Below, one piece after another: positions 15,950 to 29,419 of a DNA stretch of 64,000 nucleotides. Both the position numbers and the translations under genes were made by a program. Position 1 is the first letter of the stretch. Every line of letters begins with the position of its first letter. Source of the stretch: Tubiluchus corallicola (taxonomy: Eukaryota; Animalia; Priapulida); assembly GCA_030141605.1 (NCBI GenBank), contig JAQGDQ010000775.1:1-64000 (forward strand), written 5' to 3'. Below the pieces are notes generated by a model. It was not told the origin of the DNA and searched no databases. It saw only the letters and a program-made list of their open reading frames with translations.

Positions 15950-16280
15950 AAACCGTTCCTAAACTATTGTAGTCCAAAACAATCTGCTCTTTAAATATTG
16001 AATGCGAACATAGTATTTTATAAAGAACAACTTACGTGAAAGAATTATTATCACACAAAGACAATTTCATATTAGTGCCAATAGTTATTCGTTGTTACAT
16101 GCATTTTGGCTTTCGATAGTTAGACAGACGTTAGCGCATGCATTTCGGAAACGCCTTGCATGAAAACAGGTGCTGTACCTCTCAGTTCAGACTTGTTAGT
16201 TTCTGAAGGTAATACACACGTTCCCGAGCTTATGCGTGAACATGGCTGTAATTTTTTGGAAATTCATTTTGTCTTAAAAT
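15950..16280 (+). repeat. Repeat Y, uninterrupted copy (empty site for the Maverick at 38869-42877)
   Basis: Aligns with 38690-38868 joined to 42884-43035. Confidence 0.85.
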
Positions 16281-16780
16281 TTCTGTCTTACCCACTGCGG
16301 GTAGTTAATTGGAGACAGATGCACTGAAAAAGTGTGGACTTGTCGGGACTTGAACGCTAGACCTGGTATTAGAACTTCTATGCTATGCCAGCCGATGTGC
16401 TAGTCAACATGTTAAAGAGGCGCGAGAATTCCTCTTTGCAGTACACAATGCAACAGCACAACCTGTACCCAGGACAGTAGGATGATACTCAGTACACTCT
16501 TTTACTATGCGTGAACATGGCTGTAATTTTTTGGAAATTCATTTCGTCTTAAAATTTCTGTCTTACCCACTGCGGGTAGTTAGTTGGAGACAGATGCACT
16601 GAAAAAGTGTGGACTTGTCGGGACTTGAACGCTAGACCTGGTATTAGAACTTCTATGCTATGCCAGCCGATGTGCTAGTCAACATGTTAAAGAGGCGCGA
16701 GAATTCCTCTTTGCAGTACACAATGCAACAGCACCACCTGTACCCAGGACAGTAGGGTGATACTCAGTACACTCTTTTAC
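16231..16780 (-). repeat. Near-perfect tandem duplication of 2 x 275 bp, each with a tRNA-derived SINE-like head on the minus strand
   Basis: Units are 16231-16505 and 16506-16780. The minus strand reads TAGCACATCGG (A-box-like) followed by GTTCAAGTCC (B-box-like). Confidence 0.75.
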
Positions 16781-16929
16781 TTACATAGATGAAATGAGTA
16801 CACTATTCATTGGCACAATACGATTAGTAAAATACATAATAATACATTAGTTTATCACAGTATACAGATTACTTCCATATATGATACACAACAAAAACTT
16901 CTGGTGCAGATTATCCTTTTAATTTACGA

Positions 16930-17300
16930 AGTATGAATTGCGAATTTATAATTAAAAAGAATCTCTCTCTCAGGCTTTAGGGACGTGGGCATACAAAATC
17001 TGTGTTAAAGAATTCACATTAGTTGGTTTTTCAAAATCTACTTAGCTGGTATCGTTTTAGTTTCTCTTTGAAAATGGTTAATGATTGTTTGGTAATAGAT
17101 GGGAGGGAGTTCCACAGGTAAACTACTTGTTTGCCTAGCGAATTATTACTTTAGATAATTATCAGCAGGTGTATTCTAATTTGTAACTGACAAGAAAAGG
17201 AGCTTGTTATTTATGAAGGTGATTTTTAGACCATTGATATATTTATATAAAAATACTAAAGAGCGGTCAGTCACTTTGATATTCTAACATGGGTGCTTTC
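16930..17300 (-). mobile_element. Short LINE 3' fragment
   Basis: Minus-strand GKQVVYLWNSLP resembles the CR1/L2-group C-terminal LWNxLP motif. Confidence 0.45.
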
Positions 17301-17895
17301 ATTAAAGTTCTTAAAGTTGCTGTATAGTTGTTTTCTCAACAGTTTTCTCAGCTTCCGACGGTCCATTTTAAGAATATTAAGGGTGGTTAAATATATTAAT
17401 TAAAAAAAAATATTAATAAGAGAAATTAAGCTAGATATGTCAAAAATGAACAGCGAGACGTTTTTCACCAGTCCTGTCTTGGCATCACCAAGCGACTTTT
17501 CTCCATCCAGCATCATCTCTTTGACTCCTCACCAGAGGGCTTCACGGAGAAATGCTGCACTATAGAACAGTTGGCCACACTACTTCTTTATGCCACACAT
17601 TCATCATTTATCTCATAATATACGATGGCCGAGTGCGTTGATACAAAATTTATGTGTCACGTCCACTTTAGTTATAGAGGTCCTTGACTTAATAAATAAA
17701 ATTACAGTCTATGAGAGGCTCAAATGTTTTTAAACATCCGCCGTTTGGTGCCGCCAGCATAGCCGCTTACCCCAAAAACGAAATTCGTAACAATAGACTT
17801 TCGTTTCTTCCTTTTCGTACAATTCTTTTCGAGCACACTGCGCATGCCGTACCCGCTCCGGAATCACCTCATAAGCGAACCGTGCGAAAGCGCCT

Positions 17896-18466
17896 ATGAC
17901 AGTGATGACGTCAATCGTCTCCCCCGACGACGGAATAGACGAGGTTGGAGATGATGGAACTCTAGCTGAGAATTACTATGACTTGCATCATCCGGGCAGC
18001 TATGGAAGCACTTGTGTTCTCGAGCGCGCCAGCGGCCGTTCCGCGCACAGGGTGCACAAGTGGTTGAGCGCCCAGCCCGCTTTACAGGGGTGCCAGATAC
18101 CGAGGATACCCCACTCGACAGACGTTGACGTCTCGCCAATCGATTACCAATGGCAAGTCGATCTGACGATCATGGACGCTCTCTCCAAGTACAACGACGG
18201 CTACAAGCACGTGCTAATGATGGTGGATTGTTTCAGTCACTACACCTGGTCAAGAACGGTGAAGGATAAAGGTGGAAGCGAAACCGCGCCCGCCCTACGC
18301 TTCTTATTCGAGATGGAAGGGCGTGTGCCGCTCAAGTTACACACAGACAAGGGTAGAGAATTTCACCACCGAAAATGCCTACAAGGCCGCCATGTTGGAA
18401 CGGCTCAACAGAACACTAAAATCTAGATGTTTCGAAGTTTTCACTCATCTCAACATGCTCAGATGA
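17896..18466 (+). pseudogene. Maverick/Polinton retroviral-like (rve) integrase, frameshifted and truncated
   Basis: YYDLHHPGSYG, QWQVDL, YNDGYKHVLMMVDCFS, KLHTDKGREF, then after a frameshift KAAMLERLNRTLK (D-D-E triad). Confidence 0.9.
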
Positions 18467-19589
18467 ATAGATTTTCCCAGACTACTAAACGAATTGCCAT
18501 CACACATGATGAAATGTGAAGTGTCGTGCCATGGATGATATTAAAGGCTTAACTGTTTGAAATGTTATTGCTGCAATTCGAGTTTATTTTTGCAACAGAG
18601 CAGTTATCAAGCATCACAAGTTTTGTTGTTGTCTCAACACGGAACGTCCAACTCTGAAGAAGAGGCTGTGTAGTGAATGCATATTTTCGCCTATACACCT
18701 TTTTGCAAATGACTTCCTTCTCCATGATTTAAACCTTGGAGAAATATCCGTAACGTGACTATCCTAACTTCACTTCATTTTTCTGCAAGATTCTTATAGT
18801 CAATATTAACTACTTATTTCATTTTTGATTCTTTTTACTTCCATAATTTATTTTTCGTAATTTCATTTAAAGCGACTCTAAAGTGTAAAACAAGTTGAGT
18901 TTAATTTATTTGTTATCGAAAGTTATCAACTTATTGTGCTTCGTACACAACAATTTAAACAAATTCTTTGCATTTTGACTACCTTGTATCGCCAAATTAT
19001 TTCTTCGTTGAGTTGTACTTTATAATGTTGTCTCAGCTTCAAAACAGTCACGAGTTCGCTTCTGAGTTCAACTTTCGTGTAATAATCAATAAACGCAAGA
19101 TTTAATTAACGTAACTTGTTCTGTAGTTGTTTGAAGAACGAGCATATGCATTACTTTCACTATTGTTGCAATTTACTTTGCCAGTCTGGGAAACAAGCCG
19201 GGGATACAACCAGTCACACAGGCAGGTCTAACCTAAACTGTACAATAAAAAGTCACAGACGTAGAGGTACCTGTTGGCAGTCAGACAGCTTCCAACCTTT
19301 CAGTTTCTAGCAAATAGATATGAACTTGTTACATACTGTATCATAAAGTCGAGAAAAGAAATTAGAGATCCGTGAATAAAAAAACGCATCACTACTTATT
19401 CCAGCGGATGCACGGTCAAACTCAAATGTTTGGATGTTTCCACTTAATTAATTGACTTATCATTTAGTAGTAGTCTGGTGCTTGTGCTGAGTAATTTGCT
19501 GAGAGTTCAAGTAAAAACAAAAATGACATTATGACAGAGTAAGCGAAACAATAAACAACTAGCCAAACCCCACAAAAAGAATTTTGTGC

Positions 19590-20100
19590 ACAAATCAACA
19601 CACAACCCACACCACACCATACCACCTACACACCACACCACCCACACCATACCACTCCACCACATCACACCACACCATACCACTGCACCACCCACACACC
19701 ACACCACTCCACCCACACCATAATACTCCACCACATCACACCGCACTGCACCGCACCACACCATACCACCTACACACCACACCACCCACACCATACTACT
19801 CCACCACATCACACCACACTGCACCACACCATACCACTGCACCACCCACACTGCACCACCCACACACCACACCACACCACACCACACCACCCACACCATA
19901 ATACTCCACCACATCACACCGCACTGCACCACACCATAACACCACACTGCACCACAACGCCCACCCATCCACACACCATGCCACCCACTCCATACCACAC
20001 TACCCACACCACACCCCCACACCCTATCACCAAACCACACCATCCATAGCACAACACACAAAGCACACCACCACCACACCACATCAAATCCACCACCTCA
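19590..20100 (+). repeat. CAC/CACCA low-complexity minisatellite
   Basis: Seen directly. Confidence 0.95.
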
Positions 20101-20646
20101 CGTGGTGATCATGATGTTGATGATGATGATGATGGTGGCAATGATGACGACACCTATAGCACAAGCACCAACAGCACAGCATTACAACAAAACCATTCCA
20201 AACATTTTTCACAAAGTTGAAACTATGTGCTATAATATAATAAATAGCAAAGGCCCCGCAAAAGATTTTGCGTAAAAAACCACGTATAATCAATAATACG
20301 CGAACATCCTACCTAGTCCACATTTATAACGCAAAGCCCGTAACATCATGCCTACAGTTTGTTTAACTAACGCAAAGCCTGTAGCAGCTTTTTGCTGAAT
20401 TAAAGCTATAAGATTATAGACAGAGTATAATGGATTACGTCACAACAATGCCATTGCGTCAGCAGTTTTCTAAGCGAAAATTGCCGAAAATAGAACATCT
20501 AATTAACTCGCTAGTACTCCTCTCGGTGGATCTGTCCTAACATGTAGCCCACATCATCGTGTAGCCACTTTCTTCTTCTTTCTAAAGAGCTCCATATCTT
20601 CTTCCGAGAGTCCCACCGGGCGCCGCTAGAACGTTTTTCCCGCAGG

Positions 20647-21013
20647 CTGTTTGGTCAAAATTTCGAAAAAATCGCAAGTTGGGTCCGGGAAAACGCCCGT
20701 TGCGGGACCCCGTGGCCCTCTCGCGAATTCTAAATCGGCCTATGACACCCATCGCTGAACGGGCTATCTATCCATACCCAGCACCCCCTTGGCCCATTCC
20801 CGTTCTCTACATCTCAGCCGTATAACTTTTGCAAAAAACGGCCGAAAAATGGCCATTTTTGGAGGTTTTTCGCCTCCCCTTCCTCGCGGTGGGCCCGATT
20901 CGAAAAATAAACCATCAATGAGAAGACACTAGAAGAACTAAGACCTTTCGTTTGATATATAGATCGCCGCAAATGGTGCCCTCGTCCGGGCTGTAGCCTC
21001 GAATCTTATATAT
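20647..21013 (+). repeat. Interspersed repeat Z, copy 1 (possibly a non-autonomous Helitron/Helentron-like element)
   Basis: Homologous to 52225-52560 (CTGTTTG..CAAAATTTCGAAAAAATCGC, CCGATTCGAAAA, ACCTTTCGT.TGA.ATA.AGATCGCC). The class assignment is a guess. Confidence 0.7.
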
Positions 21014-21041
21014 TAAGCCCATACCAAGAATATTACCATAC

Positions 21042-23842
21042 CATACCATTTATTGGAGCGGAGGTGTACACCAGGTTGCAGGAGTTGGCTTCGCAGTGTC
21101 TAACAAGTTACAATTGGAGTCACAGCCCTTAGCTATCAATGATCGTCTCATGATGTTGAAACTTCGGCTACAGGACAAATCCTTTCTTACTCTCTTTAGC
21201 GTGTATGGCCCCACTTTGCAGTGCTCTAATCATGAAAAAGAATCGTTCTACGATAATCTCACTGCTCATGCTAGGCAAGCTGCAAATGATGGCAAGGTGA
21301 TTATCCTAGGGGACATGAATGCAAGAGTAGGAAGAGATTCTATGACTTGGCCAGGTGTGCTTGGCAAACATGGAACAGGGAACATGAACTCAAACGGACT
21401 TCTACTGCTAGAATTTTGTGCCAGGATGGAGTTCTCTGTGACTGGAAGCTTCTTCAGGCTTCACGATAGGATGAAGACTACATGGCAGCATGCACGGTCC
21501 AAGCTCTGGCATCAACTTGATCACATCTTGGCTTGTAAGAAAACCATGAGTGACAACAACATCCGTGTGACCAAAGCAAGTCTAACTGCAGTCTGTTTCA
21601 CGGATCACAGATTGGTGGTGTGCAAATGTTCGTTCATGCTACAGAAACCTGCTCGCCCTCAGCGTCCACCAAAGAGGTTCAATGTCGAAGTTGACGAAGG
21701 CAAAGAATCCAAACTGCAAGTTTATCTTGCCAATGTTTTGAGTGGTTGTAGACCATCTTGGGATGAAACCAAGGAAATCTTACTCAACAGTGCAGAAGCT
21801 GTGTTCGGTAAACAAGGAAATCGCAACCGAGACTGGTTCAACGAGCTTGAAATCGGTGCACTAGTCAAGGACAAGAAAAACAGGCGTGAGCTCAGAAATC
21901 ATATCCGACTTATGAAGAATCAGTGGTTCCAGGACCGAGCCAATGAAGTTGAAAGACACGCCCAAATGAAGAATTTCCGGGAATTCTACGCTTCTCTCAA
22001 TGCCGTTTATGGTCCGACATCGCGTTGTAACCATCCTATCAAATCTATTGCTGGTGACACTCTCAACTCATCCAATGATATCCAGAATCGTTGGATGGAG
22101 CACTTCAGCACTTTACTGAATCAAACTACCGATGCTGACTTTACTATCTTGGAGGAAATACCTCAGTTACCAGTCATCGACGAGATGGATGGACTAGTCA
22201 CCCTCGAGGAACTCAAGTACTCTATTCGCCGTATCAAGCGACGGAAAAGCCCTGGACCTGATGGTGTCCCACCAGAGGTTATCATCCATGGCGGTGCTTC
22301 TCTCCAGAATCATCTTTTGGAGCTCTTCAACGTTATTTGGAGGACTGGTGATATGCCTCGTGACTTTGTCAATGCTAACATCACCATTTTGTTCAAAAAG
22401 GGTGATCGCAGTGATTGCGGTAACTATCGTGGCATTTCCTTACTCAGTGTTGTCGGAAAGCTTTTTGCAGACATTCTTCTCGTTCGGCTGGACAAGATTT
22501 TGGAGCGTATCTACCCAGAGTCCCAGTCAGGGTATCGACGGGATCGCAGTACCATTGATGGTATTTTTACGATTCGTCAGCTGATGGAGAAAACGAGAGA
22601 GCATAGAACATCAATGCATATTGCCTTTATCGACCTTACAAAGGCTTTTGACAGTGTCAATCGCGAATTGCTGTACAAGGTGCTTTCAAAGTGTGGATGC
22701 CCGGATCGATTTACAAGTATGGTAAAAGCTCTGCACACTGATATGCTAGCGCATCTCTCTGTCAATGGCCAGCTTAGTGATCCTGTAGAATACAACAGCG
22801 GTGTGAAACAAGGCTGCAAGTTAGCTCCATCTCTTTTCGGGCTTTTCGCTGCAGTCCTTTTGCAGGTAGCCTTCGGCAGACTTGGCTCGACGAAGAGCAT
22901 TCATGTTCGATTCAGATATGATGGATAGACATTTTTGACCTACGTCGACTCAAAGCAAGGACGAAGACACGAATGATGTTCCTGCGTGAAGCGCAATATG
23001 CCGATGACATAGCTATCTTCTCTGACAACCCGGAAGACCTTCAGGATCTCATCGACATTTACAATGAAACTGCAAAGAGAATGGGACTACGCATTAACAA
23101 AAGGAAGACTGAGACAATGAGTGTCGGCTCTAGCGACAGTGTCAATTTTACCATTGACGGACAACAGCTTGGAAGTGTGCAACGGTTCAAATATCTCGGA
23201 AGTTACATCTGCTCAGATACTCGATTGGATACTGAGCTTCATGCAAGAATTACTGCTGCAGCCAGCTCTTTCGGCCGTATGAGGAAACGTGTCTTCGATA
23301 ACCATGACCTTACCATCGCCACTAAACTGCAGGTGTACAAGCAATGCATCATTCCGCAGCTTACCTATGGTCAGGAAACGTGGACGCTCTATCAAGATCA
23401 GGTCAGGTCTCTTCGTGCGGTTCAGCAGAGACATCTGCGTCACATCCTTCGTATTCGCTGGGACGACTATGTGCCAAACGAAGACGCGCTGGCTCGTGCC
23501 AAGATGGAAGATATCGAGGTTACGCTTACCAAGGCTCAACGTCGGTGGTTTGGGCATGTGGTCAGAATGAACGATAAGAGACCGACAAAGGCTCTTCTTC
23601 ATGGAGAACTAACCAGTGGCTCTCGCAGTGTTGGTCGTCCTCTCCTTCGCTTCAAGGACAAGGTGAAGTTCTTTCTGAGGAAAGGTGGAATGTTGGACAA
23701 GCTGCCTTTCGCAGTTCACGACCGTCCTGCATGGAGATCCCTAGTCAACAACTGTGCCGAAAAACTCGATGAAGAAAGACGGATGCTTGGATATGCAAGA
23801 AGGTTCAAGTGGTGGATAAGAGATGGTTTCATGGACATCTGA
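21042..23842 (+). mobile_element. RTE-clade (BovB-like) LINE, 5'-truncated, APE endonuclease plus RT, one frameshift at about 22925
   Basis: YWSG...GVGFAV, ILGDMNARVG, WHQLDHIL, NYRGISLL, FIDLTKAFDSV, GVKQGCKLAP, FDLRRLKARTK, QYADD and GSRSVGRPLLRFKD. Confidence 0.95.
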
Positions 23843-25078
23843 CTCGCACTGATTTAGCCGTATCGGCTTCGACGTTGTACTACTTGTTAAGATTCTAAAG
23901 CGTAGATTCTACAGTTAGTTTCATTTTAAGTTGCCTTTAGTGCAAAAAAATCACTCCCTAGCTGGAAGGGGAGGTAGGGGCGCTTCTACACCCTTTGCCC
24001 TATTTGTGTAGCACACGCCACGAAAAATCAACGCAAAATGATTTAAGATGAACCGATAAAGAAGGATCACCATTACAAGGTTTAATAATTTTCATTTATT
24101 TTGTGCCAATAAGCTTGACTTTATAAAAATACTTTATTATCCCTATGTTTTAACACTTTTAACATTCAATCATTACATTATTTTCCTGATATTAAATGAA
24201 TATTGGCCAGCCGGCTACTACTTCCTACTGCGCATGCCGAAACCTGAGAACTGAAGTTCCGAGAGTACGGCAATGATGGGAAATTTTTGCAGAAATGGCT
24301 TCATGAATTTCATCTTATACACGCAGATAAATACGGAAGCTGGCATGGAAGAAGTAAATTGGTTTATATTTTTACATCTCAAAAAACTGTATGAATGTTG
24401 TCAGAGGATAAAGATTAACAGCTAAGATGGGAAAAGCATGAGAAAGGTGAATCCCAGCGGGAAAAAGTCAAAGCTTTACACTTTTTTACAGCCCTGCAGT
24501 TTAAAAATTAGTATTTAGTGTATGTATTGATTTCTAACAGTCCCGCTAGGCATTGTTCCCTATAAACAGCGAAAATTTAATTTTCTGGCTAAACGAAACT
24601 GGGTTCGCGATTTTGGCGCAGTGCATCAGATTCTTCGTTTCATTTTGAATCGAGAGTTCATATTTGAACTGTGAGAAGTTTACTAAACTATAATTGTTGT
24701 CTTAGATTTTCTAAAAGTATAAAATTATTAATTAAAATAACTAAGGCGCTTGATGAAGAGCTTGAGGAAAATTTGTAGTTTTTCTGGAAAAAGGAGAAAA
24801 CGGGCTAGACATTGATGAGAGCTCTTCAACGCCTGTTCCAAGATGAAGAGTTACTAGTAACTTTGGGGGACATTTTCTGTGCGACCCTGCATTTAATTGT
24901 TCATTTTTCTGTATAACCTGCTAACCAGTTTATTCGCATTTCAGATTTTTAACTTCAAATGATATTGAGTGACACGTACTGTACCCTAGCGGTTCAACAT
25001 TTTATCACTACAGCTTGATTTTCATTGTTTTTCTCATACATTCGTCAAAATCTAATTGTTGGGCATTACTTTTAAAAT

Positions 25079-25177
25079 TGTCGAATTCGTAAGTTTAATT
25101 AAAATGTAATAATAATAATAACAATAATAATATTGATAATAATAAATAATAATAATAATCACTACTACTACTACTAC

Positions 25178-25244
<67 letters not shown>

Positions 25245-26170
25245 AATAATATTATTATTATTATTATAATTTATAGTGGTAAGACACATTAAAAGGGAAT
25301 CCCAACTCATAAAATTTAAAATTGCAAAACGAACATGTTGGTGGAAAGTTTTCACCACTTTTTCCTCGGAAAAGATAATCTTTTTTCACAGGTAAAATAG
25401 GAGTGGCCTTTGTGAATCAACGTGACGTTCAAATAATCCCGGGAAGAGTCCCTGTAAAGCAGTTTTTGTCTGTCCCCAGGGTCGTATACGTTTTGCGTCC
25501 CAGGCGCTAAGAGAACAGAAAGGAAGGATTACTATCATAGCCTCTGGAGCTTATTTTCGAAAGAAAAGACAGTCATCTCAAAGGTAAACAGTTCTAAGCT
25601 TTTCCCAGGGGGGTGAGTGCTCTCAAAGCTTTTGTCATTTAAAAACTACCTTGGCAAAATATTTTCTCAGCTAGAACACAATAGGCGCTCTGTGCATCTA
25701 ATTGCTCTTCCCAGGGGGTGAGTGCTCGCAAAGCTTTTGTCATTTATAAAATTAGCTTTGCCAAACATTTACTCTGCTAGAACACAATAAGCGCTCTGTG
25801 CATCTAATTGCTCTTCCCAGGGGGTGAGTGCTCTCCTACTTTCTTTTCTTTAGAAAATTTCCATTGCAAAATATTTACTCAGTAGATGAATACGCGCTCG
25901 CCCGCTAATACCTTCGAGAATTATTTGCTCTTCCCAAGGGCAAAGTGTTCTCAAACTTTCTCTCCTTTGAAAACTACTTTGCCAAATATTTGCTCGGCCA
26001 GGAACAGAAAATAAGCGCTCTCTACCGGTAATTGCTTGGAGGATAAGTGCATTTTTAAAGTTGTAAAATCCAAACATTGAGAGCAATCTTTGTCTTCATC
26101 CTCAAATGTCATTAGCCTGTCCCTGTATTCAAGGACGCTGGACTCTCCCTCCCCCCCCTCCCTCTCTCTT
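25079..26170 (-). repeat. Unclassified repeat X, copy 3, with subrepeats of about 106 bp and an AAT/ATT tract
   Basis: Reverse complement of 13192-14219. CCCAGGGGGTGAGTGCT recurs at about 25604, 25710 and 25816. Confidence 0.85.
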
Positions 26171-26399
26171 TATCATTAAAAACTGGTAATTAATGTTTTC
26201 CGCGAGCATGCCAAACAACAGATCAGTAACTGAAATTGGTCAGCATCAAAGTTTTGTGGATAAATAAGCAGGTTTTTGCGTCGAGGTACGAAGAAAGACG
26301 AAAGAGCGCGACGCATTTGACTGCTTTGCGCTTAAATAACGCTAATGCGTACGTTAAATGTCAAATTTTCGTCCAGGTGAGAAAACCAGGTTAATGGTT

Positions 26400-27470
26400 T
26401 GAAATGGTAGTAATTGGTATGAATTGTTCAGTTGTCTCATAATAAACTCTACTCCTGGTGATACAAATGTTGGCAAATTTTGAAATGTAATTTAAGCAAA
26501 ACAAAAGCTATTGATTTTGAAAATAATCAAAATTCCAACTTGCCAAAATTACACTTTTTTGTAATAAAGAGATAAATAACAGCAAAGTGCTTGGATTACT
26601 ATTGATAAAGGTATGAATTTTAATAGCCATACATCTACAGCCAGACAAAGTTCTTGAAAAAAATCGGCTAAGTTTAGGAGTGTAATCTGTAAAAATGAGG
26701 TTTTAAGAATGGCAACCATTATTAGATTATTCAAATCTGTTGTGATGCCAGTGATTTCGATCATTTGTGGTATGACGGGGGTGGGGTACAGTCCCAGGAA
26801 ATGTGATATTGAATGTATTTGTGCAGGCTTTTAGTACACGAAGTTTTTTGTATAGTCAGTAAAGTTGTATTAAAAACACAGAGGAGTCCTGGTGAGCACT
26901 TACCTAAGCAAGAAATATTAACTTGTGAAGCATTGCCTTTAAATTGTCGAATAAATAATCATCTTGTAAAAAATTGCTTGACCAGGAGAAAAACTTTTGT
27001 AAAAATATTTAAAAGAGTTAATATGAGAAATGGCAGTCTCGCTGAATATATTAATCTACGTTGTACCAGACAAGAATGTGTTAAATTCTAAAGTTCTTAG
27101 TGGAGGTGTAGAATTCAACACAGGAAATAGATGACGTAGCCACAGTTATTACAACCCCAGAACTAAAGACACTAAGTTTACCATTAAATAATAAGCAAAG
27201 ATGCGAAGAAACCAAAGCAATAAACTTGCTATTGAAAAGAGGAACGCCATCTTTTTATGCAACTTTTGGGAAGCATCCACCAAAGAATGCGCATGTCATA
27301 GTGGGGAAGCACATACTTCTCACCACTTACTCTTAGTTGGCTTTTAGTTGACCAAGAAGTCAGAAAAAATCTTATCAAAGTTCTGTACGGAAAAAAGAGA
27401 GATTTGCAGTAAAAGAAATGCATTAGTTTATAGTAATTTTATACGTGGTGTAAATGATATTGTTGTTGTT
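26400..27470 (+). mobile_element. More diverged copy of the LINE 3' region seen at 1-1043 and 8400-9440
   Basis: Shares TTTTGAAAATAATCAAAATTCCA, CCATTATTAGATTATTC and the KQEILxCEALPLNxRIN translation. Confidence 0.85.
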
Positions 27471-28217
27471 TTCACGTAGATTTTATTTCTTTGAATTACC
27501 TAATCGTATTTTTGCAAAAATTTCTGAATCTGGTAGCTATTAGGTATTATTTATAGAGTTCGCAGGTGGATATGAGGGTTGTATCTTGTGTAATTACTGT
27601 ATCACATTGTATCTTCTAACAGCGTCTGCTTATAGCTTGTCAACTTGTCAGCTTGTCAACTTAATTTCATTTTTCCTAGACCTTACTAAACTAGTTTATA
27701 TTTTATTTTTGAATTTCTAGTTGCACTTATAGTTTAGCTTGCCCCAAACGCATTTGCCCAGAACAGTGTATGTTTTTTATATGAACTAACACTGTCTGTC
27801 TTTTAATGTGATGGTCAATGTTTTTAAAATGGCAAATAAAGATTTTACTACTACTACTACTACTACGTGTACTTAGCCTTGTTGACAATTAGTCATAATG
27901 TCCTTTTTATTGTGTTTTGTTTTTGGATCGTGTTGAATTTATTGTTACCTGTGTCATAAGTAATTGTCATTCTTGCGAATGTATAAGATTGAAATGAATT
28001 CTTGTACACCTCCAAGAATAGATTAATAAAACAGTCATAATAATAATAATGATAATAATAATAATAATATCTGGTATGTTTGGGGTTTTGAACTCCGGGT
28101 AAAATTCCTTGTAAACCATACGTTTGGTAGAGCTACTGTTCAGAACATTTTCTTTAGTAACTTTCTTCTTGTGTTGCTGTGCACAGTACACTTTCTCATT
28201 GAACGCTAGTAAGTTTC

Positions 28218-28815
28218 TCAAGTAAGTGCATCACGGTGTCTCCGTGCTCTCTCTTGATGGTGACAGCGTGCTGGAGAGGCACCAAAGTGTGGCCCATGTT
28301 CTATGCAATCCAGATATAGGTACAGGGTCTGTTGACCACGATCCACCTTGCATGGGTGGGGCGACACATATTCGCCTCGGATCAGCACCTTTTCCCCCAC
28401 ATTCCGGAAGCCCATCATGTCCATGATAGGCTTTCACAAGACCAGAGTGGAAAGTTCTCCCTGCACCTTCCAGTGAGAGTGTCTGGAGTTGGGATGAAAA
28501 CTCACGTTGAAAAATTTTCTGGGCAACTATTCGTGCACGTAGCAAATCAACTGCTTGGCTTCGCTGTAGTGGCCGTTGTGTAGCTCTATGTGCTTTTAAG
28601 TCTTGGAGTGAAAGCGAAAATCTCTCGTCACGGGCAGCAAGGCCACGGAAGTTGCAAAAGGAGCGAGGATAGACTATTTCCGTCAGACCCACTTCCCACT
28701 CTCCCTTCAGTTCCAGCACGTCGAGCAGCTGCACTCGGAAGCTGCCGGGTCTGTTTTCCGGATGCTGTTCGGGCGAGGCATTGGAAGCCAGCAGCACATA
28801 AAAGCCGGTGGACAT
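28218..28815 (-). pseudogene. Maverick minor capsid (penton-like) protein, disrupted
   Basis: FYVLLASNASPEQHPENRPGSFRVQLLDVLELKGEWEVGLTEIVYP, and C-terminal TLYLYLDCIEH in another frame. Confidence 0.85.
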
Positions 28816-28859
28816 GATGGCTTCACGAAATCTTCCGCGCTTATCCATATTTCCGCATT

Positions 28860-29069
28860 CACGTCGTCGGTGCACTCCACTCCCCGCAATTCCTCGTTGG
28901 ATGGCGGAGATTGGGATATCCACAACACCCTCCAGGGTTTGCTATCGAACAACACGCTCCTATAGAGGACGAGATTTTTCACAAAAGCGGTTTTCCTGGC
29001 ACGAGAGGGTCCGGCCACCAACATGGTAATACCAAATTTCAGTCTGACGTCAAACGTTTGCTCCGTCAT
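28860..29069 (-). pseudogene. Maverick packaging ATPase N-terminus (copy A), joined by deletion to the minor capsid gene
   Basis: [29 protein letters not shown], closely similar to 40499-41134. Confidence 0.9.
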
Positions 29070-29236
29070 GAATAAGGCACTAATTAATTAGTTAATTAAT
29101 TAAATGATTAAGTGAGTAAATAATTAAATTTTTAGCCCTTTAATTTACCTTTCTGTATGAGTTTACAGTACTACGATGCAAACAATTTATGGGACCCCAC
29201 ATAATCTACTATAAACGTTCGTGCGTGCCTCCGTTA

Positions 29237-29387
<151 letters not shown>

Positions 29388-29419
29388 TGTGTGTGCCCGT
29401 GTTTGCGTATGAACAAGTT

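Noticed and set aside
16333-16405. tRNA gene
   Set aside because: Only A-box-like and B-box-like motifs are present; no convincing acceptor or anticodon stems.
18480-19320. Possible transposase remnant downstream of the integrase
   Set aside because: No recognisable motif in any frame I translated.
22261-23602. Overlapping and antisense ORFs within the RTE element
   Set aside because: Shadow frames of the RT coding sequence with no motifs.
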